Assembly (NCBI GenBank): GCA_045047115.1
Contig: JASFYR010000015.1
Span: forward strand, 1-33,063
Reading direction: 5' to 3'
DNA length: 33,063 nt
Source of the DNA: Sulfurospirillum sp.
Lineage (GTDB): Bacteria > Campylobacterota > Campylobacteria > Campylobacterales > Sulfurospirillaceae
Shown: one piece after another, positions 26,421 to 33,063 of the stretch
How positions within the stretch are numbered: position 1 is the first letter of the stretch
How the letters are laid out: each line of letters opens with the position of its first letter
Translations under genes and position numbers: made by a program
Notes under the pieces: generated by a model
Seen by the model: the letters and a program-made list of their open reading frames with translations, nothing else
What the model was told of the DNA's origin: nothing
The model's database searches: none

Positions 26421-27359
26421 ATGGCAACTTATCTTGATTTTGAGCACAATATAAAAGAGCTTGATGAGGCAATTTCAAGTGCCAAAATCAAGGGTGATAC
26501 TCCTGCTGTCGAAATTTTAGAAAAAAACTTAAAAAAAGAGGTCTCCAAGGTTTATAAAAACCTTGATGATTATCAAAAACTTCAATTAGCCCGTCATCCA
26601 GATCGTCCATATTTTATGGATTATGTTAGATTGATTTTAGATGATGGTTATCAGATACATGGAGACAGAGCTTTTAGAGATGATCAGGCTATTTTAGCAT
26701 ATTTGGGTTATATCGGCGGTAAAAAAGTTATTCTTATAGGCCAACAAAAAGGTAGAGGTACAAAGTATAAGTTGAAAAGAAACTTTGGTATGCCTCACCC
26801 CGAAGGCTATAGAAAAGCTCTTAGAATTGCCAAAATGGCAGAAAAATTTGACATCCCCATCCTCTTTTTAGTAGATACTCCAGGTGCTTTTCCCGGACTT
26901 GAGGCAGAGGAGAGAGGACAAAGCGAAGCGATAGCTAGGAATCTCTTTGAGCTCAGTGATCTTAAGACAAAAATACTCTCAATTGTCATTGGTGAAGGCG
27001 GAAGCGGAGGAGCACTGGCTCTTGGTGTTGCGGATAGACTTGTGATGATGAAATACTCTGTTTTTTCTGTTATTTCACCAGAGGGTTGTGCTGCTATACT
27101 ATGGAATGATCCTCTTAAACAAGAAGCTGCTACAAAAGCCATGAAGATAACAGCTGATGATTTGTACAAGCTGGGCTTAGTAGACGATATTTTGGATGAG
27201 CCAATTGTAGGAGCTCACAGAGACAAAGCAGGAGCCGCAAAAGCTATAAAAGAGTACTTCTTAAAATTTCTTGATGATGTGGGTACAATAAGTAGCGAAG
27301 AGAGAGTAAAGAGAAGAGTCGAAAAGATACTTTCAATTGGTGCTTACGAAGAAAAATAA
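26421..27359 (+). CDS. accA: Acetyl-CoA carboxylase carboxyltransferase alpha subunit
   Basis: [49 protein letters not shown]. Confidence 0.98.
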   Translation: MATYLDFEHNIKELDEAISSAKIKGDTPAVEILEKNLKKEVSKVYKNLDDYQKLQLARHPDRPYFMDYVRLILDDGYQIHGDRAFRDDQAILAYLGYIGGKKVILIGQQKGRGTKYKLKRNFGMPHPEGYRKALRIAKMAEKFDIPILFLVDTPGAFPGLEAEERGQSEAIARNLFELSDLKTKILSIVIGEGGSGGALALGVADRLVMMKYSVFSVISPEGCAAILWNDPLKQEAATKAMKITADDLYKLGLVDDILDEPIVGAHRDKAGAAKAIKEYFLKFLDDVGTISSEERVKRRVEKILSIGAYEEK

Positions 27360-27395
27360 AAACTTATTCCAATTCTTACTATAACGACTGCCAGA

Positions 27396-27436
27396 TCTTA
27401 AAATATAATTAACTGTAGTTTAATTATATTTTAAGA
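27396..27436. repeat. 17-bp perfect AT-rich inverted repeat
   Basis: TCTTAAAATATAATTAA-CTGTAGT-TTAATTATATTTTAAGA. Confidence 0.85.
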
Positions 27437-27851
27437 AGAATAGCTGTATATTATATTTAATATAGCTTGGTTTATTCGTTGGTGGAGTAATAAATAATAC
27501 CAAACATACAAAGAGAGTAAAACTAAAAAATCTAAGAAAACAAGATGAATGCAGATGTTTTCCCAAATAATAAAATATAAAAGGTGTCGGCCATGTGTTG
27601 TTTTATTATTATGTTAAAAAAAGTTAAATTTTTCCTATTTGCTACAGTGGTAGAATCTTATGTTCAAAATTGTTTAATTTCTTACGATATCCGTGTATTA
27701 ACCTTTGCAGACTATAATATTATTGTCTTCCCTGAATTTCTTCTGACAAATCAAACATATAAAAATCTTTCAATAAAAAATATCTCATACAGTTGTGACT
27801 TGATTCGTATTTCAACTTTAGTAAAAATAAAAATATTATAAGGAGGATGAA

Positions 27852-30143
27852 ATGAAATGGTTTAGTAGCGTATTGGGTGTATTATTATTAACATTTTCTA
27901 TATTGGTTTTTTCAGGGAATGTGACTGATTTGCAAGCTAATTACTTAAAGAAAGCTTACAATAGTGTCAAGAAAAAAGCTAAAAAAATAGTTCACAAAGG
28001 AAGAAAATATGTAAAAAAGGGCAAAAGGATATTTTATAAAGGCAAGGTTATCGGAAAAAGTGTAAGAAAGGGCTATATTGCTATAGGAAAGCGCATCTAC
28101 AAAACTACAAGAAGTGCTTCAAAAGGTGTTTTTAAAATCGGTAAAATATACTATTCTACAGTGGGAAAAGGTTTGGTTTTTGTTGGAAAAACAATCATAT
28201 ATGATGGTTTATTGCTTGGCGAAGTGCTTGGACATGGCCTGGTAAAAGTGGATGGTGTCGTATATGAAGTTGCAAAAGGAGTTAAAGTATCTGCAGCAGC
28301 AGCAAATGATCTTGTTTTAGGCAGAATGGTATATAGAAGAAAAGGTTCTCACGGCAGGGCTCGAAGAGCAAAATTTCCGGATTTGCTTATAGATAAAGTA
28401 TATCTTAATAGAAGGTGTCAAGTACTAGTAAGAGTAAGAAACGCTGGAAAAGGAAAGATACCTGTTGCTGTGTGGACGAAAAGAAAACCAAAAAGTTCAA
28501 GTGTATATTTAAAGGTAAACGGAAGAAGCTGGGGCGGTGCTACGATATGGAAATTTGACAGAAGAAAAAAATTGTTAAAGCCTGGTGGAGCTGCAGTTTA
28601 TAAAAGCAATTTAAAAGTAAAAGGGTCCGAAACGATCACAGCAATAGTAGATATAACAAGAGAAGTCAGAGAGTCAAATGAGAGAAACAATATAAAATCT
28701 GTAAAACTCAAATGTGCTTCAAATTTGAGCTTTAAACCAATCGGCAAAAAACCTTTATTTAGAAAAATATTGCCTGATTTGGTTGTTAAAAGTATAAAAA
28801 TGACAACTGGCTGTGGAATCAGAGTCACAATAGCAAATATTACAAAAGGAAGAGTTCCTGTTTCCGGATATGATTCACACAATGGTGTTGCATTGCAGAT
28901 GTATAATAACAATAAGCCATGGGGAGGCATAAGACTCTCGGCCGTAGATAAAGGTAGAAAGCTTTCAAAAGGAAGAGGAGCCATCAGTTTCATATGGTTC
29001 CCAGGTGCTAAAAATCTTAAATTAAAAAGTGGTAAAAACAGAATAAAACTTGTGATTGACACCAACCATGCAGTAAAAGAATCAAATGAGAGAAATAATG
29101 CAAGAGTAAAATTGCTAACCTGTATGAGACCGGTAGTAAATCTTGGAAAAGTTGGTAAAATTCACATTGTGGGTAAGCCGGATTTGGTTATTACCTCGTT
29201 CGGATTGAAAAAATGGGGAGTTTGCAAGCCTAAATCAGCAGTATTGATATTTGCAGTGACAATTAAAAATAGAGGAAACAAGACTTCTCCTGATATAGGC
29301 AGAAAAGCACTCATACAAGTAATGGACCAAGATGGATCAAGATGGGGAAATGGTGCTATTGTAGGGGCATTAAAGCCAAATCAATCTAAAACTGTTTTGG
29401 TTAGAGTCTATTACTTGCAATCAAATCCTGAACATATGGTAAAAAATGCACCACATCCATTTATAGCTATTGCCGATCCTCTTCATATTGTAAAGGAGAG
29501 CAATGAGGCAAACAATAAAACAAGGGTTATTAAAATTGGAGCTCCTAAAAATTGTGTTGGCGCAAATACCAAGTTTATATCAGGCAAAGTTAATTTTCAA
29601 GGGTTAACACCTTTAAAGATCAAAAAACCAGACCTGGTAGTCAAGAGTTTATCTTTAGACAACAGATGCAATATAGTGGTAAAAATAGCAAACCAAGGAG
29701 AAGGTTCTGTACCTGATTCAGCATATAATGTAACCGATAAGACTTTTTTGGTTTTACATGATGGAAGTAAATTATTAGGTGGAATCAGTTTGGCTAATGT
29801 AGATTTTTCCAAGAAACTTCAAAAAAAAGGAGCCAGTATAACATCTACATGGAATCCTGGCAATTTTAACAAGACTATGCCGTGGCATACGATAAAAGCT
29901 ACAGTTGATTATGGAAAGATTGTTAAGGAATCAAATGAAAATAACAATAACAGAGTCGTAAAACTAAGATGTAAAAACAGAAAGTTGAAAGATATTGGGA
30001 AAATTGGAGTAAAAATACCAAAACAAAAGGGTAGCTCCTCTAAGACAGGCATCAAAAAAAATATTCCCAAAAAGATAAACAAGGTGATGCCAAACCAACC
30101 GGTAGAAGCGCCAAAACAAATGCCTCAAGGAGGAACAATGTAA
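27852..30143 (+). CDS. Exported, highly basic protein with four CARDB-like Ig-fold repeats
   Basis: AAGGAGG RBS, hydrophobic N-terminal signal, four repeats each running PDL[LV][IV]...V[KR]ESNExNN. Confidence 0.85.
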   Translation: MKWFSSVLGVLLLTFSILVFSGNVTDLQANYLKKAYNSVKKKAKKIVHKGRKYVKKGKRIFYKGKVIGKSVRKGYIAIGKRIYKTTRSASKGVFKIGKIYYSTVGKGLVFVGKTIIYDGLLLGEVLGHGLVKVDGVVYEVAKGVKVSAAAANDLVLGRMVYRRKGSHGRARRAKFPDLLIDKVYLNRRCQVLVRVRNAGKGKIPVAVWTKRKPKSSSVYLKVNGRSWGGATIWKFDRRKKLLKPGGAAVYKSNLKVKGSETITAIVDITREVRESNERNNIKSVKLKCASNLSFKPIGKKPLFRKILPDLVVKSIKMTTGCGIRVTIANITKGRVPVSGYDSHNGVALQMYNNNKPWGGIRLSAVDKGRKLSKGRGAISFIWFPGAKNLKLKSGKNRIKLVIDTNHAVKESNERNNARVKLLTCMRPVVNLGKVGKIHIVGKPDLVITSFGLKKWGVCKPKSAVLIFAVTIKNRGNKTSPDIGRKALIQVMDQDGSRWGNGAIVGALKPNQSKTVLVRVYYLQSNPEHMVKNAPHPFIAIADPLHIVKESNEANNKTRVIKIGAPKNCVGANTKFISGKVNFQGLTPLKIKKPDLVVKSLSLDNRCNIVVKIANQGEGSVPDSAYNVTDKTFLVLHDGSKLLGGISLANVDFSKKLQKKGASITSTWNPGNFNKTMPWHTIKATVDYGKIVKESNENNNNRVVKLRCKNRKLKDIGKIGVKIPKQKGSSSKTGIKKNIPKKINKVMPNQPVEAPKQMPQGGTM

Positions 30144-30149
30144 CAGTGA

Positions 30150-30180
30150 TAAAATCGGAGGATTTAAACCTCCGATTTTA
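30150..30180. terminator. Bidirectional rho-independent terminator between convergent genes
   Basis: TAAAATCGGAGG-ATTTAAA-CCTCCGATTTTA perfect 12-bp stem with A/T runs on both sides. Confidence 0.9.
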
Positions 30181-30185
30181 TTTGC

Positions 30186-31136
30186 TTAGTGCAAATCTCT
30201 CCATATAGATTTTTTCCACAACAGCGCCAGTATTGTAAATATAACAAAAAAGCCTATAACCCATGGGCCAAGAGCTTCACGAGCAGGCTTGCTTGGATCT
30301 CCTGTCTCTTCCAGGTATTTCATCACTTTTTCGTATCCCTCTTTTGTTACACCAACTCTAGGCATAGCGGTACCTTTTAGTTGGCTTTGAGGCTCTTCTA
30401 CAAAAGTTTTCATAAAGTCTTCACTTCTTGCTCTTATCATAATTGAGAGATCAGGAGGAAGTTTACCTTCATAATCAGCTAATTTATTTTGGTATTCTCC
30501 AACTTTTTCTTTAAACTTCAAGAGGGCTATATCTTGATTTGTTTTAATATTAGATTTTGTTTTTGGAACAAATCCAATTTGCTCAAATTTTCCATATCTA
30601 TTTGCATGACATCTACCACAAGTCTCGACATAAGCCTCTTTTGGAGTTATCTCTTTTGATGCTATAGATTTAAAATAAGCAACCATATCGGCAACTTCTT
30701 GATTTTTATCTCCACCTGCCCCAGCAAATGCCGGCATAGGGAAAAATCTAGTTTTCCCATCAAACTTATGCTCAAGTTTTAGGGCTTTTACCGGATCTTT
30801 GATGAGTTGGGCTAAAAATCTCTCATCTAAAAGGGCACCTACATTACTCAAATCAGGTGGATTTACACCATAACTTGCAGCCGCAGTGTTTGGATCCATG
30901 GGAGCCGGCACACCAGCAGCTTTGATGCTGTGGCAACCAATACATGCTCCAGCACCCATAACTAAGGCTTTGCCTCTTGAGGCGTCACCTGTTTTTGTGA
31001 GTGTTGGTAGATCTTTGTATGCAAAATTTTGATCTTCTACATGTTTGTGCATTTTACTATGTGCAAAAGGCTCAACGCCCCAATATGTTAGAAGCGTAAA
31101 AAATAGAACGACCAATAGTATCTTTAACTCTTTCAT
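30186..31136 (-). CDS. petC: Cytochrome c subunit of the bc1 complex (diheme)
   Basis: CIGCH and CGRCH heme motifs, PPDLS twice, GTAMPRVG, C-terminal TM anchor ending WRDLH. Confidence 0.93.
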   Translation of the reverse strand: MKELKILLVVLFFTLLTYWGVEPFAHSKMHKHVEDQNFAYKDLPTLTKTGDASRGKALVMGAGACIGCHSIKAAGVPAPMDPNTAAASYGVNPPDLSNVGALLDERFLAQLIKDPVKALKLEHKFDGKTRFFPMPAFAGAGGDKNQEVADMVAYFKSIASKEITPKEAYVETCGRCHANRYGKFEQIGFVPKTKSNIKTNQDIALLKFKEKVGEYQNKLADYEGKLPPDLSIMIRARSEDFMKTFVEEPQSQLKGTAMPRVGVTKEGYEKVMKYLEETGDPSKPAREALGPWVIGFFVIFTILALLWKKSIWRDLH

Positions 31137-32362
31137 TATTTCTTACCTCCTATTGGTTTTTCCATTTTTGTGATTATCGGAAGTGCTATCCATAGCGCTA
31201 TAAAGAAGTACGCAGCTATAGTTCCGTAAGTAGTATAAACTCTAACAGGCGGTAGTTTCCCAAGTATGGTAAGTGCTACCATATTTATTAGAAGTAACCA
31301 GAACCAAACTTTAAATATACCTCTTTTGTTTGCAGGAGCAACATTTGGGCTTCTATCCAAGAACGGAAGAAGTAGGAAAATAACCTGTGCAAAACCAAAA
31401 GCTATGAGACCTGGATTTTTCGGAAATGGTCTTAAGATTTCATAACTCCACAAGAAGTACCACTCAGGATAGATATGTGTTGGAGTCTTTAAACCATTTG
31501 CCGGATCAAAGTTGACTGGATCCATAGCAAATTCAAAATGGTAAAATACAAGGTAAAAGAAGAAAATAAAGAAAAATCCAAGTACAACAATATCTTTGCT
31601 TAAGAAGTCAAATTGAAATCTTATAACTTTAGAGTGTTTTGTATCACCAGAGAGGTATTTTTCACTCTCTTCTTTGAAATCTATCTCTTCCCCGTCTTGA
31701 TTATTTACGTGAGGAACTCTTAGCGTTGCAAAATGGAACACGATCAATGCCATTATAACCAATGGAAGAAGTAAAACATGAAGCATAAAAAATCTTGTTA
31801 GATAAGCGTCCCCTGGTACATAACCACCTCTGATCCACTCAACCAAACCAGTTAGATTTAATGAACCCAAACTAAATATGTTTGTGATAACCATGCCGGC
31901 CCAATAACTCATCTGCCCCCAAGGTAGCATATATCCGCTAAATGCTTCAGCAGAAAAGGTAACAAAAAGAAGCATACCTGAGATCCAAATCATCTCTCTG
32001 CCTTTTTTATAACTACCATAATAAATCCCAGTAAACATATGTATATATATGATAAGAAATACAACAGATGCTGCAACACCGTGAACATGTCTCCAAAGCC
32101 AACCATAACCGACTTGACTCATGATTACATAGTTTACACTGTCAAATGCCAACTTTGTATCTGGTTTGTAATACATAAGTAAGAAAATACCAGAAATCAA
32201 AAGCACGCCGAAAGTGGCTGCTAGAATCATGCCCATTGCCCATAAAAAGTTTATATTTTTAGGTATCCAATACTCTGTTGCCAAAGCCTTTTTGACTGCA
32301 TCGACTGCTAGTCTTTGGTTTAACCAGTCGTGGATACTTGTCGCTTTTGTAAAATGTGCCAT
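31136..32362 (-). CDS. petB: Cytochrome b of the bc1 complex
   Basis: WRHVHG, YIHMF, GYMLPWGQMSYW, RFFMLH, HIYPEWYF. Confidence 0.97.
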   Translation of the reverse strand: MAHFTKATSIHDWLNQRLAVDAVKKALATEYWIPKNINFLWAMGMILAATFGVLLISGIFLLMYYKPDTKLAFDSVNYVIMSQVGYGWLWRHVHGVAASVVFLIIYIHMFTGIYYGSYKKGREMIWISGMLLFVTFSAEAFSGYMLPWGQMSYWAGMVITNIFSLGSLNLTGLVEWIRGGYVPGDAYLTRFFMLHVLLLPLVIMALIVFHFATLRVPHVNNQDGEEIDFKEESEKYLSGDTKHSKVIRFQFDFLSKDIVVLGFFFIFFFYLVFYHFEFAMDPVNFDPANGLKTPTHIYPEWYFLWSYEILRPFPKNPGLIAFGFAQVIFLLLPFLDRSPNVAPANKRGIFKVWFWLLLINMVALTILGKLPPVRVYTTYGTIAAYFFIALWIALPIITKMEKPIGGKK

Positions 32363-32372
32363 CAATCCTCCT

Positions 32373-32882
32373 TTATACTGTTAAGCCAGCAGCTTTCATT
32401 TTTTTGTACTCTTCACTCTCTTCTCCTAGAACTACCTTCATTCCTTCAACTTTAAACGGAGGTATATATAAAGGTATCGGAGGAGGAGATTTTAGTACGC
32501 GACCTGCTGTATCGAATTGTCCACCATGGCAGGCACAGATGAATTTTTCTTGCTTTGGATAATATGAAGGTATGCACCCAAGATGAGTACAAAGCCCTAT
32601 AGCTATAAGAAATCTATCCTTGCCTACCATGATATCTCTGGGATCTTTTTTCATATCAGCTGTTTTCTTTAAGATAAATATAGGTTTACCTCTCCATTTC
32701 TCAACATTTAGTACATTTGGTTGTGCACCACTCAAGTCTACAGTTGTATAACCCGCAGCTTTTACGCTAGGGAGTGGATCCCAAGTGCGTTTAGCTACAC
32801 CTAAAACTGCTACACCACCCAAAGCGGTGAAGCCTCCAAGGGCGAGACCAAGAAAGTCTCTTCTCTCTTTTTTTACTGCCAT
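32373..32882 (-). CDS. petA: Rieske iron-sulfur subunit of the bc1 complex
   Basis: Tat motif ERRDFL, CTHLGC, CACHGG. Confidence 0.97.
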   Translation of the reverse strand: MAVKKERRDFLGLALGGFTALGGVAVLGVAKRTWDPLPSVKAAGYTTVDLSGAQPNVLNVEKWRGKPIFILKKTADMKKDPRDIMVGKDRFLIAIGLCTHLGCIPSYYPKQEKFICACHGGQFDTAGRVLKSPPPIPLYIPPFKVEGMKVVLGEESEEYKKMKAAGLTV

Positions 32883-32908
32883 CTCTATCCTTTTATTAGA
32901 TTTTATTT

Positions 32909-32917
32909 ATTATATCA
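32909..32917 (-). promoter_or_regulatory. Extended -10 promoter for petABC
   Basis: Minus strand TGATATAAT about 27 nt upstream of the petA ATG. Confidence 0.65.
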
Positions 32918-32946
32918 AATTATTTTTTAAGTGAAGGTGATATAAG

Positions 32947-33063
32947 TCAAGAACTAAATATAATGAGAGCATTGCTTAGCTCTTTAAAGTTGACGGGCTT
33001 TACTATGTACTGCTCTATGTGCAAATCAATTAAACTTAAAAGATATTCTTTATCCGTATAGGC
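32947..33063 (-). CDS. 3' end of a receiver-domain protein entering from the right edge
   Basis: Reads AYTDKEYLLSLIDLHIEQYIVKPVNFKELSNALIIFSS*, the C-half of a REC domain (AY.D...YIVKP); absent from the ORF track. Confidence 0.8.
   Translation of the reverse strand, partial: AYTDKEYLLSLIDLHIEQYIVKPVNFKELSNALIIFSS

Noticed and set aside
27466..27570. Short plus-strand frame LGLFVGGVINNTKHTKRVKLKNLRK... faintly resembling CARDB repeat ends
   Set aside because: Preceded by an in-frame stop, no start or RBS; the resemblance is explainable by AT-rich composition
27584..27841. 85-aa ORF upstream of the CARDB-like gene
   Set aside because: No RBS for its GTG start, no recognisable motif, AT-rich promoter-like sequence; probably spurious
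30186..31136. Two CxxCH motifs in the cytochrome c1 subunit
   Set aside because: A diheme PetC is already known in Campylobacterota; not novel
1469..32562. Many 60-165 aa ORFs antisense to or overlapping real genes (e.g. 9124-9621, 24855-25154, 28598-29065)
   Set aside because: Shadow frames of well-supported genes, with no motifs or RBS
1..33063. CRISPR arrays, IS elements, c-di-GMP riboswitches and phase-variable poly-G/C tracts
   Set aside because: No regularly spaced repeats, transposase ORFs, GEMM-like motifs or long G/C runs were seen by eye; the A/T homopolymers noticed lie within intact reading frames

Overview
AT-rich chromosomal window from a Campylobacterota (Epsilonproteobacteria) bacterium, probably free-living; this is inferred from ciaB, a diheme PetC, TGnTATAAT promoters with AAGGA RBSs, and the mraY-murD / gpmI-fabG-acpP-fabF-accA synteny. 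In order it holds: a small membrane protein plus an OmpR-type two-component system; a TPP-riboswitch-led thiS-thiG-thiH-(thiD2)thiE operon without thiF; a periplasmic-sensor HD-GYP protein with a degenerate GGDEF tail; a PiT phosphate transporter; a degenerate GGDEF/PilZ-like protein; ciaB; a Cys-rich lipoprotein; an atypical CLC transporter; a LysE/ArgO exporter; tRNA-Phe(GAA); a three-gene TonB-dependent-receptor-like / YfiR-like / diguanylate cyclase operon; xth; murD, mraY; gpmI and fatty-acid synthesis genes; a very basic exported protein with four CARDB-like repeats; and petABC. The best candidate for an uncharacterised system is the TBDR-YfiR-like-DGC trans-envelope c-di-GMP module, with candidate c-di-GMP degradation (HD-GYP) and receptor (PilZ-like) genes 5-10 kb away. 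No integrase, transposase or CRISPR array was seen. All family calls come from reading motifs by eye; no database search was run.
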